Assembly: GCF_009914755.1 (NCBI RefSeq)
Contig: NC_060931.1
DNA from: the human T2T-CHM13v2.0 reference genome, Homo sapiens
Strand: one strand, 5' to 3'
DNA length: 64,000 nt
Shown piece by piece: positions 34,656 to 52,720 of this stretch. Numbering within the stretch: the first letter of the stretch is position 1; each line of letters opens with the position of its first letter. A program made the position numbers and the translations under genes. Below the pieces are notes generated by a model. That model worked only from the letters and a program-made list of their open reading frames with translations, was not told where the DNA came from and did not search any database.

Positions 34656-35608
34656 CCTGCAGGGCAGTGCAGCAGGGAGCATCCTACCCGCCACGGGGGC
34701 TCTAAGTCAGCTGAGAGGGGGGATGTCAGCATCACAGGTGGGCAGGGTCCATCTCAGGACGGGGCTAGGTGGGTGCCCGTGAGCTCAGGACAGTGGGATC
34801 TCTTTCTCTCGGGAGGTTCTGCACCCACTCTTCGTGTCTTCATTGGCTTTCTCTGAATACCTGTAATAGAAATCATTTTCAGAAGCAAAACATCGCCGTG
34901 GTTTGCTGACGGAAGCCTGCCTTAGTGAGTTAGGGAAGCAGGCCAGAGCACACCCCTCAGCCGGACGGACGCAGCCTCCTGCCTGTGGTCCCGGCCTCAA
35001 CCCAGAGCCTCACCTGCAGCCGGGGGTGTCGGTCACTCCCAGCCATCTGTGGTTGCTCCAGCCTGGGAGGGAGAGGGGATGAGGGCAGGGGCATCTCAGC
35101 GGCTCAGGGCAAAACTGCAGGGGTCATCTCTTCCCGAGGGCGGTGTCTCCAGGAGAGCCACCTGCCACGCCTTCACCCTGCAGGGCGATGGCACCTCCAC
35201 AGCCTCTTTCCAGGATCTGCCTCTGTGACCACACGGGGTTGTCCTGGGCCCGAGCCTTTTCCCACAGCGCCGCCTTGTGGACACCTGTGCAGGAGCCAGC
35301 AGCCCGCGGAGGCTACCTGCTCCGGGTGCACATCCTGTAGGGGTGTGTGTGGGGGGACCTGAGGAGGGGCCCCACAGAGCTGCCTGACCAGGTGCTGCCC
35401 TGGGCCCTGCATAATGGCAGGAGGAGGGCCCGCGGTGCTCTCAGCCCCCGAGCAGAAGTCACCACTGGAAGGAAACTTGCCTGCCGTTTCCAGCATCTTG
35501 TCCCCGCCGCTGCGTGACCTTGGCCGGGCAGTGTGGTGGCACTTAAAATTGGAAAGTGTGAGCTTCTTCCCCACAGCCCCACCCTCTGGGTAGGTCCTGA
35601 AGCCCTGA

Positions 35609-35827
<219 letters not shown>

Positions 35828-36307
35828 TGAGCCCACCTGGCGCCGTGGTGCACCTGGTGACCCAGGATCGGGCCATAGTGACCCGGCGCGGGCGGCACAG
35901 ACAGCCCAGGGCCTGCGGGCGTGTGCTCGAGGTGGTCTCAGCCCACAGGGAATGGAGCCGCAGCTGGCGGTAGAGCCGTCGGCCCTTTCTCGTTTTCGTG
36001 CCCAAATCATCCCCGTTGGTCATTTGCTGGTGACAGGGGTGGCGCCGTCACCGAGGGCCCCTCCCGCCACGCTCCTTGTTCATCTGCCGCTGGCAGCCCG
36101 GCGTCAAAGCCTTCATACAGCCCTTGAGCAGGATGGCGTTCTCCTTATAACTTTGTCTTAGTTCATTTTTGTCCAATAGCTGTTTTCAAATTGATTTCTG
36201 GAAGAGGTGAGAAATTTCAGAATTAAATTATAATAAAACCGAAGTTTTCCTTCCCATGAGGCAAAAATGGTTGTTCCTAGTTGAATGCAAGCACATTAAT
36301 GGGATAG

Positions 36308-36634
<327 letters not shown>

Positions 36635-36830
36635 TAGAACATGGAACTCACAGGCATATTGCTTCCCTTAAAACAGAAGAGGGCCAGTGAGGGGGCTCAC
36701 GCCTGGAACCCTAGCATTTTGTGAGGCCGAGGCAGGAGGAGGATCAAGACCAGCCTGTGCAACATAGAGAGAACCTCTTTTCTACTAAAAATTAGCTGAG
36801 TGTGGTGGTGCACACCTGTGGTCGCAGCTA

Positions 36831-36938
<108 letters not shown>

Positions 36939-37252
36939 CTACAAAGAAAAAAAATATCTTTTTAACTAAGAAGATAAATATAAAAGAGGGATGTTTTCAC
37001 GAATGGCATATGGTACATCTGAAAGGCATTAGCGCTGTGATACCATTGTGTCTAAATACTCTTTTTTATTAGTTTCCTTCTTCTGAGCCCCAGAACTGAG
37101 AAGATGGATCTACACCTTGTTAGATTTTTGTGCTTGCTGTGCCTCACAATCCCACGTTAAGTTGGAAAAATGTACCATATACTGTTATTCAAACAATCCA
37201 CATGTCTGAATTGTGGATGGCATTTTAAGAGCTTTGTCCACACCAGCCATGA

Positions 37253-37705
<453 letters not shown>

Positions 37706-37863
37706 TAATGGCAGCCAGGCACAGTAGCTCATGCCTGTAATCCCAGCACTTTGGGAGGCCGAGGTGGAAGGATTGGTTAAGCCCAAGAGTGTGAGACCCC
37801 ATCTCAACTAAAAATACAAAAAAATCAACCCAGCATGGTGGCCCACGCCCATAGTCCCAGCTA

Positions 37864-37998
<135 letters not shown>

Positions 37999-38175
37999 TT
38001 ATGCGGTGTCAAATTTTGATAGGAATGACCTGCCCTGTGCCTCGGTGCTGCTCCCGTGAGGCCCAGCCAGCACAGCACCAAGGGCTCTGCACAGAGGGAC
38101 GGCCTCCCCTCACCCTGGTCCCGCATCTGCTGCAGATTTGAGGTGGGTGGGACTCATTTTCTGATTTGCTGGTGA

Positions 38176-38397
<222 letters not shown>

Positions 38398-38470
38398 TAA
38401 AGTTCTCTGAGCGCCCGTCCTCCAGCTGTTAGGAAAGCTGAGCTGCCCTGGAGTTTAGAGATACGTGGCG

Positions 38471-38842
38471 CAGTCAGCCCTCCGGATCTGTGGGCTCAGG
38501 CTCAGTGTACGGGCATGCAACTGATCACAGGTCAAAAATATTCCAAAAAAAAGAAGGCCGGCGCGGTGGCTCACGCCTGTAATCCCAGCACTCTGGGAGG
38601 CCGAGGCAAGTGGATCACCTGAGGTCAGGGGTTTGAGACCAGCCTAGCCAACATGGTGAAACCCCTGCCTCTACTAAAAAAATTCAAAATTAGTCGGGCA
38701 TGGTGGCAGGTGCCTGTAATTCCAGCTACTGGGGAGGCTGAGGTAGGAGAATCGCTTGAATCTCGGAGGCAGAAGTTGCAGTGAGCCGAGATTGTATGTA
38801 CCACTGCACTGCAGCCTGGGCGACAAGAGCAAAACTCCGTCT

Positions 38843-38878
<36 letters not shown>

Positions 38879-39087
38879 TACAAATGAAACAATACACACT
38901 ACAACAGCTGTTTACATAGCAGGTACATTTGTTAGGGATTATAAGTAACCTGGCGATGATTTAAAGCTTACAGGAGGATGTGCACAGGTTGTATGCAAAT
39001 GCGACACCATTTCTATGAGGAACTTGGGTAAGCATCTGCAGATTTGGTACCCACAACCCCCGCCCCTCAAGTACCGAGGGGTGACTG
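38471..39087 (-). mobile_element. MER2-like (Tigger family) DNA transposon fossil split by an Alu
   Basis: Terminal inverted repeats cagtcagccctccg ... cgaggggtgactg; internal tttacatagca...ttataagtaa...gatgatttaaag...gaggatgtgc...tatgcaaat. Confidence 0.75.
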
Positions 39088-40192
39088 CTGGTTTCGGCAC
39101 TTAAAGACTGCACCATTTTCTGTTTTTGTTTTGAGAGAATATCTCAGGACCAAGAACTCCTAAAATAGTAAGGTTACTAAGTAAGCCACTGACTGTTGTA
39201 TTAAAAATAAGATTTTAGTTCTTAGAAGTGGAAATGTGTGTAGCAATAGGAACGGTTCCTAAGGCCAAGAATAAATGGATTGCGGTTGTGGGTCTTTTGG
39301 TAGCACTAAGCTTTCTGTTGCAGTGTGTGAGAGGACCCGGGGAGAGCCCAATCTTCGAAGGGACAGATGAGGGGTATGACCTGGGGAGCCCACAACCGCC
39401 TTTGCTTTTCGCAGATGCTGGGAACGCAGCTCTGCTGCCGGCGGGGTGGACAGACCCTCCCCCAGCCATTGCTGCCCACCTGCTGCGTCAGGGCCTCCCC
39501 TGCCCAGCTCAGTCTTGGCCAAGCCCAGTCTGGAGGAGCATGCACCGCCTGTGAGCGGTCTGGGCAGCGCTTCCCAGGTTGCCCATCAGATGAGCCCGTC
39601 CCAGGTGTCGAGGAGGAGATCTCCTGAGCGGCAGTCTCGGAAATCCTTCCCCGTGGAAGGACACGTTAACCTCTCGTGCTTCCCATTTCAAAATTCTGTT
39701 TCCAACACGATTTGATGAAAGATTGAAATATCTGAAAATTCATTTCGAGCACAGGGTCTGGCATTGTGATTCTCAGGTGAACTGGGCGTATGGTTGAGGT
39801 AGGACTTCAAAAAAGTGTTCGAACGTCATTTGCAGCATTTAAACTGAGCTCCAAATGACGTTCAAACACCCCTCTCGGGTAGAGTTTTCATGGTGGAACG
39901 GTTGCGCCCACCAAACAGAAGCTTATGTTTTTGGCACAGAAGGCCTGGGCCATTTTCATGGACACCTGGCTGGACCTCGGTGGAAGTGAACTCCGTAGGT
40001 TGTTGCGTTCACTGCAGCACCTCACATGATACCGTCCCCTCTCATGGAACGGAGCCTCCCCCATGCAGCCCCCACTCAAATGGAGTTTTAAAGGCTGGGT
40101 TCAGGTTACGGGGGCGTTTCTCACCGTCTGAATGCGGAGGACAGAGACGAGCTCCAGGGAGCGTGGGCGGGTGACGGCGCTGAGATGCGTGA

Positions 40193-40957
<765 letters not shown>

Positions 40958-41765
40958 TGAGCTGGGCAGGTGGCTCATGCTTATAATCCCAGTGCTTTGG
41001 GAGGCCAAAGCGGGTGGATTACTTGAGGTCCGGAGTTCGAGGTCAGCCTGGCCAACATACTGAAACCCCGTCTCTACTGAAAATACAAAAATTAGCCAGG
41101 CATGATGATGCGCTCCTGTAGTCCCAGCTACTCAGGAGGCTGAGGGAGGAGAATCGCTTGAAGCCTGGAGGCAGAGGTTGCAGTGAGCTAGACTGCGCCA
41201 CTGCACTCCAGCCTGGGCGACAGAGCAAAACCCTGTCTCAAAAAAAAAAAAACCCATGAATCTCCGCAGATGTGTCCTTCCTTGTTGAACAGGGCCCTCG
41301 GATGCACATAGCTGTGTCCTTGCCCTAAGGTAACGTTAAATTGAGTTGTGTTGCGGCCTTGCATGCATTTGGAATTTAGTGTTTTCTGCAGGAGAAAGAA
41401 TGAGCCTGGGAAGACTGTTCTTTTCGACTCCCTCGTAAGTTAAAGACTTTAGAAGTCATTTAGGGAAAAAGTAGTTCTGAATTGCTAAAAGAAATCCGAT
41501 CCCAGGGCTTGACGGGGTAGACACTGAACATGCAGCTGACCCCAGAAGCTCCTCTCCGGAACGCCTGCAGTTAGGCAGCGCCCTCCTAGGCCACTCTCCA
41601 CCCTGGACTTCCTCTCCGCGGTGGTGTTTGTTTCAATGCTGCCGTAATGAAACTGCAGTTTGGTGAGGGAAGGCCAAGTTACAGCTGTAATCAGGATCAT
41701 TTCATTCCAAGTAATACGTTTTCTTTCTCAGACTAAATTTGGGTTGGTTAAAGCTAAGGTATTTA

Positions 41766-42101
<336 letters not shown>

Positions 42102-42254
42102 CTAGTAATTTTCTTCCCAAACCTATTTCACCCATGGGATTTTCCTCTAGCAAACCTATTTTTTCCCAGTGCCGACCTCACTTTCCCCACTTGTCCGACC
42201 TGCTGCCCAGGCGTCGAGGAAATCGATTGTCTCGTTGGCCGAGTGTGGTGCTGA

Positions 42255-42551
<297 letters not shown>

Positions 42552-43371
42552 TAGTCAGTGCGGCATGAGAATGTTCTCCCAGTATCTCCCGATCCTCCAC
42601 TCAGTTCAATTTATTGAGCACCTGCTATACTCCAGGCACTGGGGTAATGCAAAGAAAAAGAGGGTGGAAGGGGCCACCTATCATCCCAGCACCTTGGGAG
42701 GCCAAGGCAGGCAGATCGCTTGAGCTCAGGAGTTCGAGACCAGCCCGGGCAACATAGCAAGACCCCATCTCTACATAAGATTCAAAAACTTAGCCAGGTG
42801 TGGTGTTGCACGCTCATGGTCCCAGCTGCTTGGGAGAGTGAGGCTGTAGTCAGCTGTGATTGCTCCGCTACCTGCCAGCCTGGGTGACTGAGCGAGACCC
42901 TGTCCCTTTAAAAAAAAAGTGGGGGGAAAGAAAACAGGGTGGAAGGAAAACCCAGATCTGCCCACTCTCTGGAGCTCACACTCCATGGGGTGAGGCAAGA
43001 GGTCAAAGGAAGGAGGAGAGTTGGGGTGCTGGGGTGCAAGGGTGCTGGGCGGGGGTGCAGGGTACCAGGGCACCGGGCGCATTGTCAGTGGGGTGGCTCA
43101 GGGCAGTGCATCTGTGTAAAGGAGTGAGGCAAGCCGTCGATGTCCAGCAGGATCTAGACAGCAATGAGAGGGGCCTCCACCCAACAGGCTGGAGCCAGCA
43201 GAGACAGGGCAGATGAGGTGGGGAGGGGACGGCAGGGCCCGCAGGGAGCAGAGCAAGGGTAGCCGTCCTGCCTGGCAGGGGTGCACTGACCTCCGGTTCC
43301 GGCTTGGTGGCTTAGCCCCTGTATAGGGGACTTGAAAAAAGCAGCTGGGTCCTAACCAGACCCCAGAGTAA

Positions 43372-43674
<303 letters not shown>

Positions 43675-46600
43675 GGTCACCTGCAACGCGGGGGAGTGGG
43701 ACTCACCCAGCGGCGACCCCGAAGCTGGACCCGGCAGCTCAGGCGGCCGCACCCACAGACGGAGGAGAACAGCCCGCGGCGGCCTGTGGGCATCGGCGGC
43801 ACCTGGACACACCCAGCCCTTTCCATTTGATCGCCTGCCTTCCCGTGGTTTAAGACAAAAACACATAAACAAGTTCAGACAACTGATTGTATGATTCTGG
43901 GAATTCTTTGCTTTCCTTTCCTTCTCCCTCGGCACCACCTCCTCTCCCCAGGCCTCCCTGTCGGGCATGGGGAGGAGGTTGGAGCTCAGCATCTTGAGGA
44001 ATGTGTCAAGACAGCCCCTCCGCTCCGCGCTGCACGGCCAGCCGCCTTTGTCCGGGAGGACAGACAGAAACGCAGCAAGGCACACACCAAGGCTGCCGGG
44101 GAGGCCCGGGCACCGGACAGATGCCTGTTGGGAAGCCAGGAGCTGCCGAGCCACGGACCACCTAACAGCCTCTCCGCCCGGAACGTGACATAGAGAGTGT
44201 TGGCATTAACTCGGGGGGTGTCCGATTTCACTTCAGACCCCAAGTTTTTCTTTGTTTGTTTAAACATGGAATTCAGACTTCATTGTACACCTGAGACAGA
44301 CACAAAAGGGATCATGTATTTTTGAGGATTTTACCTGTTGACGTCTGATGACCGGCCGTAGGTCCAGGGTTCCCGCTGGGTTTAATCCCCTCGAAGAGTA
44401 AACCTGCCGCTCTGTCTGATAACTTCAAGTAAGAGCAGCGGCTTCCTGGGTTGGCGTTCGCGGTGGAAGGTTCCTAGGATGAAAGGTGAGCCTGGATCCG
44501 CCGGCCGCAGACATCGCGCTGCTGGGGACGATTGGGGCCGCTGCTCTGCAGACCAGACCTTCCCGAATTATCCGTGGCTCCGATGTCCCGGTGCTGACGG
44601 CCACATGGGGACCTAACAGTGCCAAACGCCATCTGCTCCAGCTGCTTTTTCACCCAGTTGCAGAGTCCTCACCACTCCCACATTGATCTGCTGTTTTCAA
44701 TTGGAACCATTTCTCCTGCCTGAAACTCCAGGGCCCCTCCCTGGGCTGTCCGTGAGCAGGAGACCCCACCCCAGCAGCAGTGGTGAGCAGGCCTGTGCCT
44801 CCACGCCCAGCCCCCGCCAACGCGACTGGTTTTGTTTGCCACACGGTGAGAACCGGAGGACGGGATGCTCCAGCCAGTTGGGTGGTTCTGGGGTCCCTGA
44901 GGAAGCCCCCTCCTGCACTTCCATTAAGACAGCCAGTGGTTCCTGGATCTTTGTCACCAAGCAGCGTTGAGCCAGAGCTGTCTAATGCTGAGCCCAGCTC
45001 AGGAAGGAGAGAGGAGTCCTTCAGTGTGTCTTGGAGATGCGAAGTGCGTCCTCGTAAAGGTCAGCTGTCAGTTTTGCTGGCCGCTCCGGCGCTGGCTCTC
45101 CTGTCCGGGACCACAACGAGAAACAGCGACAGATTCGACGCAGAGCTCCGGAAGTGCCTGAGGAGCAGTGGTTCTTGGAAATCGCCCGTCCTCCGCATCA
45201 CAGCCTCTCACCAGCAAAGCAGCCTCTGCCCAGGCCCTGGCGGGAGAGCTGCAGAGGGACCCAGGTGCCTGGAGGGCATTTGAGGGAGGTGGCTGGACAG
45301 GTGTCTCCCTGAAGAAGAAGGGAGAACACTTTTCAAAGTGATTCCGAGGCAGTGCGGGAGGACACACGTGCTGTGCAGTGGAGTGGGGTCGCCCGTGGCC
45401 CCCATCAGAGTCCCCGTCCCCCAGGACAAGTGCAGAACCTCTGTGGGCCCCCTCCTTCCACCTAGATAGAGAAAACCCCTTGTTCGGTTTCCTTCCCGTG
45501 TCCCGTTGTTTTTCTAAGCCCCCCGAATTGAGTCGTTTCTATGGCACTAACCTTTCCATGGGAAATAAGCTCTTTGTGGAAGTCCGTACCTGTTGCCCTG
45601 GGTGAGGTTTCAGAGAAACGGGGGCAGGATGAACACAGCCGGCTGTCCTGGGTGCAGTTACGTCCGTGGAGGGTGAGAGATTGCGCCCCGTTCCACACTT
45701 GTGTCGCCTGCTGTTGTCTGTGGGCCTTTTCTTTCCGTGGTGCCTGGTGTGTGCGTGCATGGCGTGAGAGAACGGGGGGTGGGGGTTGGAGGTGGCTCCC
45801 CGACACCGGTGCCTGTGTGGCCTGAGCCGGCGCCCTCCCGGGAGCGCCCGTCACGGGGGGCCTCTGTGATTACCTGCTGCTGCTCTCTCCCGCGTGGTGA
45901 CTATATGTCCTCAGGGCTGCCTGTGGCCACCCTGATGGGAGACCTCTGTTTGCTTCTGGGCCACTGCAGGTTGGCCTCCTCAATACAAGCTGATGTCTGC
46001 AGGGAGCGCCGCGTGCTGGGATTGCACCACGTGTTGGTCACAAATCGAGGTCGCCTTTTGGCCTGGTCTGCTCAGGCTGGCCCTGACCCACGTGGTTTCC
46101 TGGCTTCTGAGACGCAGCGCATTCTTCCTGTTAGCGGTAGCGTTCTCTGATTTCACTGCTTCATTGCCAAGGGCGTGGAAAGGGGGTGGTGGATGGAGCC
46201 GGGAGGTGGCGAGCACAGGACCCCGGGGCTGCATTCTGCCGTGTGGGGTTCTGCACTGTCTAGCTTCTGCGGGGACTGCAAAGAGGGATGAAGGGACGTG
46301 GTCCTAGGGGTCGGCTCAGACTCGGAGCAGGGCAGGGAGAGGAGGGCAAGGAGAGGAGGCCTGGGTCCTGGATCCACTGCTCTGGGCTCATAACCATGAG
46401 ATTTTGAAAGAGTTTTTGGTCATCTGAGCAGGTACCATGCCTGGCTCATGCCGGAACTTGTCTTGGAACCGGTAGCCAGAGGCCCAGGAAGGGACAGGGC
46501 CCAAAAGGGTTGCATGTCCCGGCCACAAAGCCCTCCCTGTGTGCCCTGAGCCAGCCCAGCAAGCGCCTCCCAGCCAGGCGCTTTCGCAGAAGCAAGAGCA

Positions 46601-49307
46601 CAGGCCAGGGGGACCGGGAGAGCCTCAGCCCCCAGCCTGGGCGGCCTGTGACCCTGAGCCGTGTGGAGCCAGGACCCAAGAACCTTCTCTAGGTTCTCAA
46701 GGGTGAGCTGACCCGGGCAATGTGCAGGAATGTGGGGAGCAAAAGTAGCTGATTCCAGCCCCGTTCTGGGGTCACTGGGGAGGCAGAGGCTGAGGGCCTG
46801 TTCTCTGGTCACCAGGGACTGGGGGCACGGTCCACAGCGGATGAGAACAGCAGGTCACAGTAGTGGCTTTGGGAAGGGCCCCTCCTGCTTTGCCCTGTTC
46901 GGAAAGGGGCTCCCTCAGAGCCCCTGGGCCCAGTAACCCGCTTCTGTCTCCTGACTCCTGCTGGATAAATTGCCAGGTTTATCAAATACAAGAAAACACC
47001 TGCTTTGGCTAGGAGGTAAGTCCCAAAAAGAACGTCTTAAGTAGAGCAAAGGCATCCACCGAGGCCATTTGGTGGCCCCTGGGAAGTGGGGAAGCAGGGC
47101 CTGAGCGTCCCCAGGCTGCTAGGGCAGCAGCTGGCTCAGGGCACACTCTCTCGTGCCAGCTTCTGCCACCAGCCCAGTGTCCACGGAGCCGCGGGGCCAG
47201 AGGAGCTCAGGGAGACCTGGCTGTCTAGGGCATGGTACCCAGTATCCCGGTGTGTGCCCATCCTCAGCCACTTGTGTCTTTCTTTCCATGTGGGAGTTCT
47301 CCCGGTGACACCTGCCCTCCGTTGAGGGTGGAATCTGTCACTCATGCCTTTGAGGGACCCAGATGGACCATCCCTCTTCTGCTTGCTTTCTACATTCCTA
47401 AAAACCTCAACGTTAATCCCTCACCAGTCGGGCCGAGTGTGGCCTCATGGTTCTGCCGCGGCCCAGTCTTCTCCCACTGGCTTCACGCTAGAGGGCGCCA
47501 TGCGCTCTGGGTGAAATGAGACGCTGGTGTGGGGTCCCCATGTAGAGACCCTCAGGTCCCTATCCAGAGACCCTCCAGGCAGTGCTGGGAAGACACTGGT
47601 GGCGGGGACCATGACCAGGCGGGTGGAGCCATGTGTGTCTCACACCTGCCGCCCCTCACTTTCCTTCCCGAGGTCTGGTAGGTCCTCTTTGGGATTTGCT
47701 GTTTATTTGTATCTCCCTTTTCTTTGATTTAAGAACAATGCCAAGTGAAAAAGCTGGGAATGAATTTCTGAGTTGCTGAGTGTTCCCTGCTCCTAGGTAC
47801 CACGCTCTGTGCTTCTCAGGCAGGGAGGAGATGGATTCGGTGGAGTTGGGCCAGGACGGGGGCTTCACCCTGCCCCCTCCAGACTGCCGAAGCCCCCAAG
47901 AAGTTTTGAGCCCAGCTGGGCCTCGCCTCCCCGGCTCCTGGGTCCATTTTCTGTACTGGTTTGAGATCACAGGCATCATTCAGCGAATGCTCTTGTGTCC
48001 TCTGCATAAAGAGGGCCCTCCCTGGAGCACCCCCGGGGAGCTGGGACTCTCCAGAAAGCCCCGGGTGAGGGCTCCGTCTTGAGAGAGAGAGAAATCCCTT
48101 CTTTGGGCGATTCAGTGAGTTCAGGAGGAGGAGGAAGCTTTTCCTTGGCTTTGAAATCAGTGTTTTTATGGAGACAAAGAACAGACCTCAGTGGGAAAAA
48201 TGAAAACGTAATGGAACACGGGGAGGTGTCGGAGAAGAAAGGATTTTCCCCTTCGCTTTCAGAGCCGGCGGGAGTGCAGGTCTGTTTTGCTTCAGAAGCC
48301 TCACATTCTGCTTTGCCCTTGAGTGACTTCATGCGGGATGAGGAACTGTTGACCCCTCTAGAGAGGACACCCCAAGTCCATCCTGGGCTCCTCCTCACCC
48401 CTCTGAGAAAGCCCCCCTAAAAAAAGGCTTCAGAGTCACCGGCATGCCGCCTCACGTTGCAGGACGGAATCGCGCGCTCCTCACGCTGGAGTAAGTTACG
48501 AAACATGATCGTCAGGCTCTTTGCAAACGCAGAGCCCCAGAACGCTGGATGGAGGCCTCCTCGGCCCTGCGGGCGGCCTGGCTGCGGTAGGTCTGCTGCA
48601 AGGAGCCACCACGGGGACTGCGCCACACTCCTGATGAAAACGTGTTTACCCACAGCCTCGCCTCGAGCCTCCTTGACAATACCGCTGCTTCAAAGCAATA
48701 TTATTTAATGAGAATACTTTACATTGCTCACATGTGCTGCTATGAAGACAGGATTAGTCTGTAGACGGGACTCAGCTCCAGAGGTTCCTGGGTAATGTAT
48801 TGTGGCTCTTGGAAATGAGGGTAGAATTTGAAATATAACAAATGGTCTCTCGCCCGGTTCTGTCCCTTATTTTTAGATTGTTTTCCTGCATCTTACAATT
48901 TCCTTTTCTTTTCAAAGTTCCTTTCTCCAGGCCTGTTTTTCAGTGCTCAGGACACGGTTTTCATCACATACTTACTGTTTTTTTGGTTGGGTTTTGATAC
49001 GAAAAGCTGCTACGTTTGGTGACCAGAGGGAGGGTTTGGAATCTGTGCTTTGCAGGGGATCTCGGTGGGTACCGCGGCCCCTCGCAGGGTGGCGAGTGGG
49101 GTCCGTGCCTCGAGAAGGGGGCCCTTACCCACACCGTGCGGCTTGAATTCTGTCGGAGTTGAATCTGTGGAAAGGATTGTCCCATTAGAGCTGCTGCGTC
49201 CTTTCCTCTGTCCTCCCTGTCACCCAAACCCCGAAGTCACAGCTGCTTAGAAGAATGGGATTTTGGGGATACAACCACACACATTTCCCTCTGGACTGAA
49301 ATTTTAA

Positions 49308-49641
<334 letters not shown>

Positions 49642-50654
49642 CACTGACTTCTTTAGGGAAAATAGTTTCAGTCTTGGGTTGTCTTGTGAGCCCACGGGCA
49701 TGGGACCCTGTCTCTGCTGGGCTTTTCCGGCCCCGTCCCAGCTCCTCCTCAGGCAGAGGCTGCAGCCCTCAGCTCTGCTGCTGGATGGAACATTTCAACC
49801 CCCTCCGGGAAGGTGGGCAGGGTGGAGGGCCCAGGGCTAGGCCTGCCATGCACCATGAGCAGGGGTGCTACCTGGGTGTGTGAAGTTGGGCTGGCTTTTC
49901 CTGGAGGTGGGTGAGAAGGCTCTCCGGGCAAATCAGAAGGCCACGAGAGAGAGAGGAGCGGGGAGAGTGGTGAGGAGGATTCGTCTCTGACTGATGAACC
50001 TCGCCGTGCCTGTCTGTCACATCCAAGTCTGTGCCAGCTGCTGGGAGGTCAGACTCCTGCCCTGAGAAACAGCCCAGTCCTTGGAGAATGAAACCCTGAG
50101 GGTCAGTGAGTGGAGGCCTTCCCTCGGGGCCAGCCATTCCCGGGAGGCCTGAGTGTGACCTGGAAGCTCTGTGGGTCACCAAGACTGGCATTTTCCTTGT
50201 ATTTTTGTGCAGGGCTGAAGTGAGCGTTCCTCCTCTGAATTGGTGAGGCTTTGGAAATTTTTTGTTTCTTCTACTCATCCTAATGGCTGGTTTTGGCTGC
50301 CCGGAGTATCAGAGAATATCACTAAGAGGGCAGTCAGTTTATTTTTAGGCATCTTTCTTTCTGTCCAGGGAGAAACCCCTCGGAAGAATCTTAGTCACTC
50401 TTTGCACCTGCCCTGTCATTCTCGCCATGGGGAAAATGCGTTGAAAAGAAAAATACCGGGGCCAGGGAGAAGCCGTGAATGTATTTATTTGCTTTGGTGA
50501 AGCTGCTGAACACTGGCTGCGGAGGGCCCCCCGCCCCCATCCCGCTTCAGGCCCCAGTGACCCAGTTGCGTCTTAAGTTCCATCGTCCAGATTTCAGGCC
50601 ACCAGAGGCTGCCAAAGGTGACTGAAGCGGTCTCCAAGTCACTCTGTCACCACT

Positions 50655-51035
<381 letters not shown>

Positions 51036-51462
51036 TAGTTGGTTATTCTTTATCTCGGATTCTTTTTTCTGGAATTGTTTGCTCATTTGAGTGGTTGGTG
51101 GTTTGCCCTGTGTCAGACACGGTGAAAAGAGTGCAGGAAAGCTGGGGCCAGGGGAAGCGAAGTGGCTTCAATCCGGGCTGACAGCCAAGAAGAGTTTTCC
51201 TCCCTTCGGTGACAGGGCCTGCCCCTCCGAGTCTAGAGGTAAAAGCAGCTTCTAGAACTGGCCCCTAAGTCTCCAAATGTGTTGGCTAAGCTGAAATGAG
51301 AGACTCTGAATTAGAGTTTTTGTTTGTTTGTTTGTTCTCTGCATGAAGTTCACAGGCCTGTATGGATGTTAAATTGTGTCTATAGCCTCTAAATCTCCAG
51401 GTTAACTGGTCCAGATTTTTTTTTTTTAATCAGTAACAATGGGAATTTAAAATCAAATATTT

Positions 51463-51809
<347 letters not shown>

Positions 51810-52073
51810 CTAGAATACCTTCATGTATGTGGCTTGATTTCTGTTTCAGGAAAAGGGGGGCGGGAGGAGAGACAACAGCCGTGTTCCAGAGTCTGTCCTG
51901 AGATGTCGCTGAGTCCAGACACTTGGGCTGCACGTGCCCTGCAGATGACAAAGGCCGGCAGCTCAGCACACGTGCAGGAGGGGTTAAAGCCAATATTGAG
52001 TTTTTGTTCTTGTTGTTTTAATCTGAACGATTATTCTCCTGTAAAAATAATTTGGGAGGGGCGGGTGTTGTTC

Positions 52074-52074
<1 letters not shown>

Positions 52075-52116
<42 letters not shown>
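52075..52116 (+). repeat. (GT)21 microsatellite in distal 3'UTR
   Basis: Seen directly. Confidence 0.97.
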
Positions 52117-52118
<2 letters not shown>

Positions 52119-52630
52119 TTTTTTTTTTACAGTGGCGCCTGTCTAAAGTATTTTTCACAACATGTTTGATAATCAGTGCTTTAAAAAGCAGCAGTGTCCT
52201 ATGAAGTGGAAATGTCAGTTCTAGAGCATTGGATGTGAAGTTCTGGTCATGTCACCTTGCGTGTCTCACCCTGGAGGAGTGAAGGTGGGCGCCCGGCGGG
52301 GGGGTGTGGCTGCACCCCAGCACCGGGAGGGGGCACGCACGACACCAGAGGAAGGGACAGCCCCACCCATGTCAACAGCAGGCAACCTGTGTTTTCATTT
52401 CAAGTGGGATACAGTATTTTTTTAATAAGGAGCCATACTTTTTTTTAAGAGTTTGAGATCTGAATGTGATTTCTAATTGTATCAGACGTTAATGTTTTAA
52501 AGCTATAACAAAGTTTAAAATTTCTACTTTTTGTTTTTCATTTATTTTAACTGTTCTTTTATCTATTAAATTGTTGTATGTGGATGGGGAAGTTTTGTTT
52601 CTCCTCTTAGCATTTGTTTCTATAACCAGA

Positions 52631-52649
52631 AATAAAATTCTATATTAAA
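52631..52649 (+). terminator. FOXK1 polyadenylation signals AATAAA (52631-52636) and ATTAAA (52644-52649)
   Basis: Canonical hexamers after U-rich/UGUA-containing sequence and before a GU-containing downstream stretch. Confidence 0.8.
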
Positions 52650-52720
52650 GAAATGACCCTGCGGCTCCGGTGTGGTCCTTCTGCGCAGGTGGCTACTGAA
52701 GGTGGCGGACGGACAGACGG

